Position numbers and translations under genes: made by a program. A stretch of DNA of 64,000 nt from Mobula birostris. Lineage: Eukaryota. This document shows, piece by piece, positions 32,824 to 45,700 of this stretch (positions are counted from its first letter, which is position 1; each line of letters starts with the position of its first letter). The DNA lies in NCBI RefSeq assembly GCF_030028105.1, contig NC_092384.1, forward strand, positions 16,995,629-17,059,628, read 5' to 3'. Under the pieces are notes generated by a model. That model did not search any database and was not told the origin of the DNA. It saw only the letters and a program-made list of their open reading frames with translations.

Positions 32824-34689
32824 CTATCGTAAGTAATAATTTGAAGTAATGATTTTCTTCATTGATTCAGCCTTTTAACTTAGAAGACCAAACTCATAAC
32901 AGGAATTCGCTGGAGATTTCTCAAAAGCAACTGAATAGTTACATTGTAAATCTGCCTAATACCGATATGAAGAAGAGAAAATCTACAGATGCTAGAAATT
33001 GAAGCAATGCAGACAAAATGATGTAGAAATTCAGCATACTGATATGAGCTGAAGACGAAAAAGAAAGTGTGGCTTGAAAATGTGATTGGATCAGCCATGA
33101 TCGATAGGGAGGTTCTTAGTCCCGTTAAGCTTCCCTGTTATTTGTGGATATGCAGAGGAACGAATGGGAAACAGAAAATGACGATCATAGCGATCTAGGA
33201 GAGAGTTGGTGAAAAAAGCAGTATTCTGGTAGTCTCTAAACTGCTTCGAGTAGTCGATATTGTGCACTGTACCATTCTCAGTTCGTGATCTTGGAGTATA
33301 CGTGCAAATAACATTCTAAATATTTATGAGTAGGCTGCGGACCCGGGAAGCATCTGGTGAAATGCTGGGGACACTAGTAATATCTCACAGGAACGAGAGT
33401 TGTTTGTTCATGTGTGTAAAAGGATTGGATTCCCCACTGGTGAAATAATCTGACTTCTTCAGTCTTTGCTGCTTCCATCTGTCACGTACAACCTCATGGA
33501 TCGCAGTAAATCTTGCCCCTTTAATTGCCTATCACTTCCTTACCAGGATCCACCGAGAACTCTCCAACTCTTACTCCACTGTTTCACGACCTTTTAATAC
33601 TGGCTTACTCTCCTCTTTCTTTTCATTCCTGAACGAGTCTAGACCAGAAAAGTCGACCTTTCACTTCGCTCCATAGATGCTGCTTGACCCAATTTAGGCA
33701 GACTCCGCTGTACTCCTTCCAAGAAAATGTTCAAAATAGTTCGCAAGTGTGGCTAAATCAATTCATTGCACCTTGCTGCAGCATGTCTTTCTGGTCATAC
33801 ACCAAGTTCTTTTCAATCGACGTTAGCATTTTGTGGCTTATATCTAGCTTCATATTCTACCTATATCTTCTGCAAACCACGAAATTACATACCGAGTTTG
33901 TTGTTGTAGGTGAAACCATATTCACACTTTCTCTCCTCAGTTCCGACGTACTCGTGCTCGTTACCGCCCCCTCCTGGTTCCATCCATTCACCGCACACAC
34001 ATTTCACACAAGGTCTTCCCCATCTACATCTGCCGCTAGTTTCATTTGCCTTTCACTTTATTCTAATGGCTCGCTTTCATTTATATGTTGGATTCCAGCA
34101 CTGATAGCCTTGGTGTACCTGTTTATCGCCCGCCAGAATCTGTATCTAGCATCACCACCCAACCATCGTTGCACCCGATGTGCCTCAGCAGATGAATGTT
34201 CTTCGAAAAGGAGTACTCATCTCGCGGATCATTTAAACCTCCGGAGATCAGGAGCTTTGTGGATTATGGTAGAGTAAGAAACAGATTAAAATTCCATATT
34301 CAATTAATATTAAGTGGCCTAACAATATAGATATGTAAATAGGATAACGGTTCAGCTTGCTGACAATTGAATGTGGCATGCTAGAAATATGTGCAAGGAG
34401 TTATGTTTCTGGAGACGCAAGTTGAAACCTCACATCCGTGAATCATGAATCCAAGTATTTAAATCAACATATTAAAAATTTAAATGAGTGTATTCGTGTG
34501 CACCTGAGTATTTTCCTTTTCTATTCCCACTGCCCATTTGAAACGCAACCAGTTTATATCATTATGTTCCATTCTGTTGAATTTTCATATCCTCTCAAAG
34601 CTGATATATGTTAACTTTCTGTCTGCAATTCGGAAATGCGAATGTTTGCATGCGAGCTTTTGCAACTTTTCTATAAAAAGATGTTTGGA

Positions 34690-35457
34690 ATAGAACATAG
34701 AATAGTACAGCACATTACAGGGCCTTCGGCCCACATTGTTGTGCCGACCCTCAAACCCTGCCTCCCATATAACGCCCCACCTTAAGTTCCTCCATATACC
34801 TGTCTAGTAGTCTCTTAAACTTCAGTAGTGTATCTGCCTCCACCACTGACTCAGGCAGTGCATTCCACGCACCAACCACTCTCTGAGTAAAAAAACCTTC
34901 CTCTAATATTAGAACATACATAAAACATAGAATAGTACAGCACATTACAGGGCCTTCGGCCCAGATTGTTGTGCCGACCCTCAAACCCTGCCTCCCATAT
35001 AAGCCCCCACCTTAGATTCCTCCATATACCTGTCTAGTAGTCTCTTAAACTTCACTAGTGTATCTGCCTCCACCACTGACTCAGGCAGTGCATTCCACGC
35101 ACCAACCACTCTCTGAGTAAAAAACCTTCCTCTAATATCCCCTTTGAACTTCCCACCTCTTACCTTAAAGGCATGTCATCTTGTATTCAGCAGTGGGTGC
35201 CCTGGGGAAGAGGCGCTGGCTATCCGCTCTATCTATTCCTCTTAATATCTTGTGCACCTCTATCATGTCTCTTCTCATCCTCCTTCTCTCCAAAGAGTAA
35301 AGCCCTAGCTCTCTTAATCTCTGATCATAATGCATACTCCCTAAACCAGGCAGCATCTTGGTAAACCTTCTCTGTACCCTTTCCAATGCTTCCACATCCT
35401 GCCTATAGTGAGGTGATCAGAACTGGACACTACTCCAAGTGTGGCCTAACCAGAGTT
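34690..35457 (-). mobile_element. CR1 3' fragment with tandemly duplicated ~220-bp 3' end
   Basis: 34690-34909 is repeated at ~34910-35138 with only a few mismatches; minus ORF LERVQRRFTKMLPG. Confidence 0.9.
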
Positions 35458-36529
35458 AGGCCTTTCTGCTTACTTAAATAAGGAACTACTTGTGAAAAAA
35501 AAATGAACGATGATTTCTGCTTATCCTGATAATTCAGTCCTCGGGATTTTGGTATCACTTTTAAATGTATTAGACTACATTTTCCAAAGTGATGGTAGTG
35601 TAAATCATGTCAAATTTCGCAGATTACATGAAACAGTATCCGTTTCGGGTCACTGAGTTATTTGATGACTTTAACGTGTTCCTAACGAAGACGAGTTGGA
35701 AAATACATCTGAGAATTTGTTGAATGTCCTGCCCCTTCGCTGAACCGGAATGATTTTTCTTTCATACGGACTCGCAGAAACACGTGATAAATTTTTACAA
35801 GGGTTTTAATTCGCAAAAAGAAAGTGCAGGAGCACCTGGAATTAGACGTACCTTACTCGCAGTAACTGAACAAAAATCCTTGTACATTACAGAAGGTGAA
35901 ATGAGTAGAAGATACTGCAGTGAAGAGGCTTTTGAATGGACACAAGAATGTGCAATGACTTGTGAGATACAGATCATACGCAGCTAGTAAACATTTACTT
36001 TGATTTGTCATCGTGTTCGTGACAGACAGCTTTGCCGAAGGTCCAAATCCTGTGCTGTACCCGTCCATCTTACATTGAAAGCGGTGTTAATGGGGTAAGG
36101 AGCAGGTAGAAAAATGGCATGATGAGACATGATGAGCTATCTTTTAACCAAAATATTTCCAGACGAATGAAAGGGGAAGGAAGTTCATGCCTTCATTTGT
36201 TCAGCTCATATCTAGTGAGGTCGTTCATGGAAAGAAGGGTAATAACGGAAAGTAGCACTGCCGATGTTTGTAAATCGAAATTAAGCAGAAATCTTTGGGA
36301 ATTCTATGCCCGTCAGGAACCTTCTCTGAACAGGCGAAAATTATCAACGAAGTGTTATCACGATTACTCTCTCAGCCAATGGTGCCTGGCGTTCTTGGAT
36401 ATTCCCGTCACTTCTGCCCAATAGTATAAACAATAGCTTTAATTTTGCAGTCAGGGTAACTCCAACACAGCTCCCTATTATTTTAACAAAATAATAATCA
36501 AAATTTCGTTGAAATATTTATGCTATCAC

Positions 36530-36935
36530 GAGAGGCTGGATAAAGTTGGGTTGTTTACTTTGGCGCTTCGGAGGCTGAGGGGAGATATGATAGAGATTTA
36601 CAAGATTATGAAAGGCATAGATTGAGTTGATCTGTTACCCAGAGTTGAAGTGTCTAATACCAGAGGACATACATTGACGGAGACATTGAATAGGTTCAAG
36701 GGGGTTGTTAGGGACAAGTCTTTTGCTTAGAGAGTTGAGGTTGCCTGGCATACCCTGCCTGGTATGGTGATAGCGGCAAGTACAATAGAGGCTTTTAATA
36801 GACATTTCGATAGGCATATGGATGTAACGAAGGACGTGGATCAGGTGGGTGTGATTAGTGATTGTGTGTTTTGATTTGCTTTTTAGCTGGTTTGGTGCAG
36901 CATTATGGGTCGAATGGCCTGTTGCTGTGCTGTTC
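36530..36935 (+). mobile_element. CR1 3' fragment specific to the paralogous copy
   Basis: ERLDKVGLFTL..RLRGDMIEIYKIMKG motif; interrupts homology with 14270. Confidence 0.8.
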
Positions 36936-37204
36936 TCTTATAGAAAGACATTGTTGAAAACATTTGGGAATAGATATCCAATGAAGGTCGAGATGTTGAA
37001 AGGCACGACGTTTCAATGGATTATCTCGTGGAATGGACAAAAGTGTCTCACAAATTACAAATCTGGATTCACAGTCAGCCCGTATGCCTAACCAGAGTTG
37101 TGCTTAACAGTTGGAAACATCTTGATTTTTCTGACATTATCAGAAATATTCAAGTATTTGAAAATTATAAACCGATAAATTAAATACCTATAAAATACAA
37201 ATTC

Positions 37205-37560
37205 ATCTGACGGACAGTAACCAAGGTAAACATGTAATTCAATCTTGTTTTGTTGGAATGGTCTTTACAATATTAAATGCAGTTTAACCCCGATCCGCAA
37301 CAAAGATCCACACAGCAGTGCATAGCCTGCAATGGAATCGAATATAATTGTAACCAAACCTTGTAGTACTGTATGTGGTGAACAATGATAACCACATGTT
37401 ATACGAAATTCCACAAGGTACCTTCTTGTCCACGATAGATATCATCTTGAATTTGGGAAGCAGAGCCTGAAACGGATAAAAGTATTGTCGACTCCCATTT
37501 GGATTCAAACCAGAAAATAATCTGTAGTCACTGACGGATTTTGGTAATAGAACCAGTTGA
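37205..37560 (-). pseudogene. Paralogous copy of the possible MHC class I-like relic
   Basis: Homologous to 22745-23100; reads ..RGQEGTLW..IQYYKVWLQLYSIPLQAMHCCVDLCCGSGLNCI*YCKD. Confidence 0.3.
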
Positions 37561-38249
37561 CATTCCATATTGAAGACCCTTCCGCAGATTGCAAAGTAAA
37601 CGTTAACTATTTCTCTTTAACTGGTGGTTCCTGATCTACTAAAAATTTGTGTGTTCTATGTCCCTGTTTTGTTTCATGTTTCCTGCACTGCAGTGTTATT
37701 ATTTTTTTTCCCTACCTGGATTCATTCTTCTGATAACATTTGTCTTCTTGTGTTTCATTAATCACTTTCCCCAGTTTAACGCATTTAGTTTTAATCTTAC
37801 CTAACGACCTTAGGTGCAAATGAAGCGACAGCAGCAACTAGACTAAGGTAGTCATACGTACATCACTGATTTCATTATAGTAGAATACCGCTGAAACTTC
37901 TACCAGTGCTCATAACACCTCCGAAAATGTAAGGCTACTTCTTCGAGTAATATCTAAGTTAAAGCTGAAGCGTTCATGATTAAATTTTTACTGTTATTTT
38001 ATTACTCTGGAATGCTATGCCATTATTTCAGCCAAACAAACGCCATTTTTACCATTTACTGTAACGACTACGTCCATGTTCTCTACCTACTTCGATCGTA
38101 ATTTAAGTGATTTTCCAGCAAAACCAATCAAATCAACGGAGACCCAGGATGCCGCTCCCGTGTTTCCGGTTGAGTTAAGCGAGACTTAGTATCGGGACTT
38201 GCCAGTTGCTCCAATATCCTTAACTTAAACAATGTGAGTGGTAAGGGCC

Positions 38250-39285
38250 ACAGGCTCAGTATGGACCGTAGGGACAAACTCTGGTCACGACAATGATTAT
38301 AATAACGGAGAACCTCATCCTATTCATAGGACTGTTATAAGCGGTGATTTGAAAATCACCGCAACTTTTCGCAACCTCCGCCACATTCAACAGGAACCCA
38401 CCACTAAGCGCATCTTTCCCTCTCCACCCTCTCTGCTTTCCACCGGGACCGTTCCCTCCGCGACTCCCTGGTCCACACGTCTCTCCCCATGGATTTACCA
38501 CCCGGCACTTATCCCTGGAAGCCTACGTGCTACACCTGTCCTTACACATCCCCTCTTGCCACAATTCAGGGCCCCAAACAGTCCTTCCAGGTGAGGCAAC
38601 ACTTCACTTGTAAGTCTGTTGTGGTCATCTATTGCACCGGGTGCTCCTGGTGCGGCCTCTCTACATTGGTGAAACCTGACGCAGACTGCGGGACCGCTTT
38701 GTCGAGCACCTCCGCTCCATCCGCCACAACAGGCAGTATCTCTCAGTTGCCACCCACTTCAACTCTGCTTTACATTGCCATTCGGTTATGTCCATACATG
38801 GCCTTCTCCACTGCCGTGATGAGGCTAAACTCAGACTGGAGGAGCAACACCTCATATACCGCTTGGGTAGTCTCCAGCCCCTTGGTATGAACATTGAATT
38901 CTCCAGCTTCCGGCAATTCCCACTCCCTTCTGTCCCCCATCCCAGTTTCACTCTGACCCCTCCCCCAGCTGCCTATCACCTCCCTCATGGTACCTTCTCC
39001 TTCTACTACCCATTGTGCTTTCCGTCATACCTTCGTTACCTTTCCTACCTATTTCCTCCCTGCTTCGCCTCCCCCACCCCTTTATCTTTCCCCTTACTGA
39101 TTTATCACCTGGCATCTAGCAGCCTTCTCCTTCCCACTTTCCACCCCCCCCACACCTACTTTAGAGGACCTCTGCCCCTTCTCTCTTCAGTCCTGATGAA
39201 GAGTTCCGTTGTGAAACATTGACTGATCCTTTCCACGGATGCTGCCCGACCTGCTGAGTTCATCCAGCGTGCTGTAACTGTTGCT
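38250..39285 (+). mobile_element. Penelope-like element (GIY-YIG endonuclease and terminal region)
   Basis: CYTCPYTS..QSFQVRQHFTC..VIYC..CSWCGL.YIGET..LRLEEQHLIYRLGSLQPLGMNIEF across frames. Confidence 0.9.
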
Positions 39286-39411
39286 GTGAAAATCTTAACA
39301 TTGCGACTTCCAGCCTGAAACCGTCGAGATCCCATCTCCGGTATAATGTATGGACATTTTCATTGTGCGCAGACAAAATGTTATTCCAACAATTTGTTTA
39401 TCCTTGTTGTC

Positions 39412-40105
39412 CTCTGACCCCTGTTTCCATCCAGGGGGTCAGTGTGGACATGGTGGAGGACTGCAAATACCTGGGAATACGAATTGACAATAAACTGGAC
39501 TGGTCAAAGAACACTGAGGCTGTGGTTCAGAGCCGTCTCTATTTCCTGAGGAAACTGAGGTCCTTTAACATCTGTCGGACGATGCTGAGGATGTTCTACG
39601 AGTCTGTGGTGGCCAGTGTTTTCACGTTTGCTGTTGTGTGCTGGGGCAGCAGGCTGAGGATAGCAGACACCAACAGAATCAACAAACTCATTCTTAAGGC
39701 TAGGGATGTTGTGGGGATGGAACTGGACTCTCTCACGGTGGTATATGAAAAGAGGATGCTGTCTAATTTGCATGCCATCTTGGTCAATGTCTCCCATCCG
39801 CTACATAATGTACTAGGTGGGCACAGTACATTCAGCCAGAGACTCATTCCACCGAGATGCAACACAGAGCGTCATAGGAAGTCATTCCTGCCTGTGGCCA
39901 TCAAACTTTACAACTCCTCCCTGGGAGGGTCAGACACCATGAGCCAATAGGCTGGTCCTGGACTTATTTCATAATTTACTGGCATAATTTACATATTACT
40001 ATTTAACTATTTATAGTTCTATTACTATTTATTATTTATGGTGCAACTGTAACGAAAACCAGTTTCCGCCGGGATCAATAACGTATGATTATGACTATGA
40101 CTATG
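39412..40105 (+). mobile_element. Rex1/Babar LINE 3' fragment
   Basis: ORF 39363-39950: KYLGIRIDNKLDWSKNT..QSRLYFLRKLRSFNIC..HPLH..TERHRKSFLPVAIKLYN; (ATGACT)n tail. Confidence 0.9.
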
Positions 40106-40162
40106 GTTTAGGTTTTACAACTCTAAGTTAGTTTATGATCACTGAGCTAACCTGAACTATAG

Positions 40163-40220
40163 GGAGAGCAAACCATTTCGCAAAGATCGACAACAGGTGG
40201 ACCGCGTTATCTATTCCCAG
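40163..40220 (+). pseudogene. Exon 6 remnant of the paralogue (..RKDRQQVDRVIYSQ|GT)
   Basis: Donor CAG|GTAAAG retained and Tyr codon TAT at 40212-40214; the acceptor and 5' part of the exon are deleted relative to 24181-24270. Confidence 0.75.
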
Positions 40221-40339
40221 GTAAAGCAGAGAGATTAGCGTGAATATGATACAGATTTTCATTAGAGATATACCACGGTAACTGACCTTTCCGGTGCAAC
40301 TAGTCCTTGCCGCGCAGTCACACCCATGTGACTAATTGA

Positions 40340-41020
40340 CCTCCTAACCTGAACGTCGCAGCAGCCTCTATGGTGGTGATGTCTGTTATTTATCAAGTAG
40401 GGTGCCGTGCACAATCTTGATTTGATAGAGAGGGACATGAGAGCACGGAGGAACATCTGGTGAGACTTCTGAAATGCCTGCTTCGCTGCTGCTGCTACTG
40501 TGTGGTCCGAAATCTTCGGAGTGGAGGGCCCCGAGTCCTCAGCTTTCCTTGTTGCTTGGTGACCGGCGTGGGGTCGAAGGGCTCGGCAGAAGTTTGTGCT
40601 CCGTGCTCAGTGCTCAGTGTCGAAGGGCTGGTCGGAGGCTTGAAGTTTTCGGACGGACTCTGAGTCCGCTGCGTTCGGGTGCTTCTAATGGTGCTGCATC
40701 GGCAAGTTTGCGGCGCCTGGAGGTTCATGGCAGTGAGAGTTTCTCCCTTCTACCGTCTGCGTGAGATGGTGAGGCTGTCGGGACTTTGAAACTTCTTTTT
40801 TTACCGTGCCCATGGTCTGATCTTTATCAAATTACGGTATTGCTTTGCACTGTTGTAACTATATGTTGTAATTATGTGGTTTTGTCAATTTTAGTCTTGG
40901 TTTGTCCTGTGTTTCTTGTGATATCATTCTGGAGGTACATTGTGTCATTTTTTAATTAATGCATTTCTACATGACAATAAACGAGGACTGAATGTCTTCA
41001 TAATCTAATGTAATCTAATA
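40340..41020 (+). mobile_element. Non-autonomous LINE-derived element (same family as 24630-25345)
   Basis: Shared core sequence; tail ..CATAATCTAATGTAATCTAAT. Confidence 0.6.
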
Positions 41021-41119
41021 CCATTGACACTGTAACAAAATATAAAGTGCGTCATATCTAATCTCCTTTCAGTGAAAAGTAACCAATCACCGCATACAAC
41101 TTCACATTCTGGCACAAGG

Positions 41120-41635
41120 ATAATATTCTCTTCTATCTGGGGACACTCCAACCTGAAGGCATAAACATCATTTTCTCCAGCTTTTGGGAATTTTCCCATC
41201 ATTCCGTTCTGTCATTTTCCTTTCTCAGTTCTGGTTCCCTTTCACCTTTTCTCTGCTCGTCATCTGTCCATCAGGCTGCTCCCACCTCCTGGCTCCACCT
41301 TCTACCATTTTGCAGGGTCTACTGTCTTCCCGTATCCGATTGCTTCATACACCGTTTACCTTTTCCACCTGTCACCACCCAGCTTCTCACTTCATTCCCA
41401 CCCCAATCATCCACATACCTTCGCATGCACCTGGTTTCACCTGTCACCTGCTACCTTCCCCGCACCCCGTCCATACCTTTCATATTCCGGATTCTGATCC
41501 CTCTTTTCCAGTCCCGATAAAGCATCTCTGCCAGAAACAATCGATAGTTTATTTACCTTCTTGCAAGCTGCCTTACATAATGAGTTCCTTCATTATTTTG
41601 TTTGCATTCTTCAGGATTTCCAGCATCGGCAGAAT
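41120..41635 (+). mobile_element. Penelope 3' fragment orthologous to 25450-25985
   Basis: CTCCAACCTGAAGGCATAAAC; same position and orientation relative to flanking unique DNA. Confidence 0.7.
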
Positions 41636-42279
41636 CTATAGAGATCGTTTTTTCCTTGCTTTTACAGATTTAATTTGGCAGGCAATCTTCACGTGAAGAA
41701 ACGCCAAAAGGCACGAAACCGGGAATGCCATTCTTCCCAACCCCCATTATCAGCTCCATAATAAAGACGAGTGTCTGGATAATAACCGAGGATAACTGAA
41801 CTAGCGGAAATATCGAATTGTGACAAAACTGTAATGTGAGAGCCTGACTGAATAAAATACCAACGTTCATTCTATCAATTATGCTCTGTCCACTGACGAC
41901 AATGTCCATGTATATTTAGAGCTGCGTTGGCAGGTGCAGCCGAGTAAACAGCAGTGAGCTGTACAGACGAAACGGGATGCGGCAATCAGACACCGATGAT
42001 ACAAAATACGATTTTATTATAAGTTAGCCAATTATTTTGTACCATAACTGCAACTTCAAGGATTTTTCTACTCTCTTAACCTGATATTGTTAAAGTTCTT
42101 TTTTAAGTAAGGAAAAAAAACGCTAATATATAAATCATAAAGGCATATCTTGAAACAATGTTGACATAAATTGTATACAAAGTGAAAGCAACCTGAAGTT
42201 CATTACTTATGGGTACATCTCTAAATTATGTTACAATCCTGTGATTCATTCAGTCACTAAATGCTCGATTATAGACAAT

Positions 42280-42540
42280 AATAGACAATAGACAATAGAT
42301 GCAGGAGTAGGCCATTCGGCCCTTCGAGCCAGCACCGCCATTCTCTGTGATCATGGCTGATCATCCACGATCAGTATCCAGTTCCTGCCTTATCCCCATA
42401 ACCTTTGATTCCGCTATCTTTAAGGGCTCTATCCATCTCTTTCTTGAAAGCATCCAGAGACTTGGCATCCACAGCCTTCTGGGGCAGAGCATTTCATATA
42501 TCCACCACTCTCTGGGTGAACAAGTTTTTTTTCTCAACTA
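42280..42540 (-). mobile_element. CR1 3' end inserted just upstream of the paralogue's terminal-exon acceptor
   Basis: (AGACAAT)n tail then GCAGGAGTAGGCCATTCGGCCCTTCGAGCC, a reverse CR1 3' end. Confidence 0.8.
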
Positions 42541-42575
42541 CTCAACTAACCACTGATTTTGCATTACTTTCACAG

Positions 42576-42707
42576 ACTAAAGGAAATGGAGCTGACAAAT
42601 TGACTTATGTCGCTCTGCAGATTCCCGATTCGAATTATACACAGGCATCCAAACGTCAAAGTATACGTACATTACACGCAGGTGTAAGTACATCAAAGAA
42701 GCTGTAA
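42576..42707 (+). pseudogene. Paralogous terminal exon TKGNGADKLTYVALQIPDSNYTQASKRQSIRTLHAGVSTSKKL* (ITIM kept, ITSM Tyr to His)
   Basis: Acceptor TTACTTTCACAG intact; 44 codons, gap-free alignment with 26625-26756 and stop at the same codon. Confidence 0.82.
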
Positions 42708-45700
42708 AGCTGAGAATCCAACTGCAATTCAGAGCTATAAATTATCAATGAGTGCAGGCCAGAGAATCACTACGTTTCGTTTCTTGCATCCAGCAAAGAA
42801 TGATCATCGATATCACATATACGAATTGGGAAGATAAATGGTCATTTTGGTCTTCGACATTTTTCCAATTCATTGAAGGCAATTGTCATAAAATGAAATC
42901 AAAGAAAGAAAATTAAGAAAAGAACAGCAATAAGACATTCCGGCCCTGTCTACTGCCCGGCCATTCAAGGTGATAATGTCTGATATGCTCAGTCGTAATC
43001 TCCTCTTCCGGTCCTTTGCACAGACCCGATCATTCCAAGAAAAAGAACTTACTTTGCCTTAAAGGTTTCCCAATAGTTTTGCCCCCACAGACCTTACAAG
43101 ATGAAAAATAAATCCAGAGATTCCAGGGGGAAAACCTGCCAATCAAAAAGCTATTCTTGCACACTAATGTCAACGTTCAACCGAGGGAATTATAGATCGG
43201 ACGATGTTCGAACATTCACAACGCGTTCTCGTGAGAACACTTCACTGCCTGAATTTTGATGAGTAAAAGACGTATGAAGACAATTTCAATGCGTTGTTTT
43301 ATTTAATTAAAATTGTTGCTTTTCATATTCTTTCACGGCTTGTTTGCTCATAATTAGCTGTAAAATAGAACTCCAGTATCACATGGCAGGAACAGAAATC
43401 TCAGCGCAGCCAATAGTAAAGGAAATCCGTCTCTAAATATGTACCTGTCCTTACCTGCATTGAAGCAGAGTAGAGCAGCACATGGTCACATTTAGTGAAA
43501 TGAGGTTTAGAATAATCTTAACATGTGGCAAGAATCATCGATGTTGGAAAGTAGATTTATAGGAAGTCGCGTGTGTAGTTGCGTAATCGCGAAGAATATG
43601 GTCTCAAAGACACAGTTCGTCATCCACTACAACTGCCAATGGCTCAACGGAGCAAACTTGATCTGAAATATGCCCAGTGTTTGCCTCAACAATAGTCAGC
43701 ATTTTCACACATTAACATCAGTTCAGCAAATTATCTGTGTGATAGAACAGAGTGAACTTCTGGTTGTAATACATTATTGTTGCTCTTCAAGTTGCCGTGG
43801 TTGTTGCATAAGGTGCGAAATTAAGGAAGGTGGTGAGGGGAGGTAAGTAATGGGATCACCGGCTGAGAAATAAATCCTCAGTTTGATAACAAAAACAGGC
43901 ACTTATTCCCTGAATCAATTTCAGCAATCTAGAGCAATTCCTCAAAAATAATAGAAAAGTAGTCATGAAAACAAGAGTGGTTCCCTCAAACCTCTTCTGC
44001 AGTACAAGATCGTCGCCGATCTGCTTGTATCATTAACTTGTTTCTTCGCCTAACCATGATCTTTTTTACCCACGTGCTTCTTGAAGATTTATCTATCAGA
44101 TGGATGGGTGGGATAGATTTTCCTTTGCAAATCATTCATTCAGTTCGTTCACCCAAATCACTTCCCATCTCAAATCTATCGAATTCTCCACTTTGAAATA
44201 TTGTTTTTAAACCTACTTTCAAATAAAGGTCCACCATGTCATATCTTAAACGTACTTGACAGGATTTGTGTACTCTGATATTCCATATTCATTTCTTCAC
44301 CTATCCATTAAAAACACAAACAACCGTTTGTCATTTCTCTGTTTGGCAAAGCCAGAATAGCTGAGCAATTCTGCAAGCAAGTATGAAGTGTTGGTCTTAT
44401 TTTCGATAATCTTATCCAAGACTTATTTATTTTCCGTTCACCTGAACGTCGTTTCAACCTTTTATCCTTATTTTCTCACACTACAGAATGTCCTTTGCCA
44501 AAAAAAATAGACAGAGCTTTCTATAAATGATGCAAAAGCACGTCTGCATTTTATTTATCTGAAATGAGAGCTCAGAATAGTCAATTAAAGAACGAAAATA
44601 AATCAGATAATGATTGAAACGATAACGCGTTCAATATTGCAAAACCTTCGTAAAGTACAGAGAGTTGCATAAACTTGTAAATTGCTGTAAGTCATCTCAA
44701 ACAAGTGCATTCTGTAACAGCGACGGCCTGGAGAGGGCGCCCTCTCTACCTGATACGCTGTTACAACAGTACTACTAAATTCTATCGTTTGGAGTTGCTG
44801 CAGGCTATTTAGAAACACCCCCACTACGAACAAACAATTTCTACTTCCAAATGTCTATTTGTTAAAATCGATACCCTATTTGCAGAACACGAAACGTGAT
44901 TTTGAACCCTGGTTCTCACTTTAGTTCATAGAGATCTGAAATTCTCCTTCCAGAATTTGAGGACTATATCTCGGTTAAAATGCTTCGGCGATTAATGGAC
45001 GATTTATTAAACGCGAATTGCGTTTCATTAACCATCTTAAATCAAGGTCAATTCGCACTGTCGACGGAGCAGCATTGATCCCATGGCATCGTTTTCTTGA
45101 ATGATAGCCATACCTTCCATTAACGGTCCAATATACATTCTTTAATCCATCTCGAACGTTATTATATGTTTTTGCAGGATTCCACAATGAGCAAATTGGA
45201 ACGAATTTTTCCCGCCACGCTTGCAAAAAGTCCGAAGTCCATCAGTCCATCCCACGACTTTGGTGACACACCTGACTCACCCGCCGCACAACTCCGTTTC
45301 ACATTTGTATATGGAGTATCATCCCTCTGCACTCTAAGTCCCAAGACTCGAACTCACAGCTTTCAACGTCCTATTAACTTCACACGCGCTGCTTCGCTCA
45401 ATGAATTCGTCAAGCTGTTTCTTTTTATTTCAATAATTATTTGATATGTTCAAGGATGCTGGTAACTAACCCCAGGAACAGCGAAGCAGATAAGTCAACC
45501 CATGGAAATACGACCTCTTACTCTAATGCGTTCCCACAAGTAGGAACTGTTACATGTCCTAAGAGGGTGTTGGGGAAAGCCGTCGGGTGGGGGCGTTCAT
45601 GATTATTGGCGGGGGGAGGGGTGGGTGGGTGTTAATTGGCACCCTAACTTGAGGCGCGAGAGCTCACCGACCGTTAGAGCAGACACTTCACGATGAGAGG

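Larger units (their letters stand above)
35700..45530 (+). pseudogene. Truncated paralogue of the receptor locus (upstream flank joined directly to intron 5 through the 3' flank)
   Basis: ~35700-37200 aligns to ~13600-14500 and 37201 onward aligns to 22741 onward; shared SINE and Penelope insertions; exon 6 remnant and intact exon 7. Confidence 0.82.

Noticed and set aside
33684-34277. 197-aa + strand ORF, the longest non-TE ORF
   Set aside because: It starts in a Penelope terminal fragment, is pyrimidine-biased (F/S/L-rich), and shows no domain motifs or splice context.
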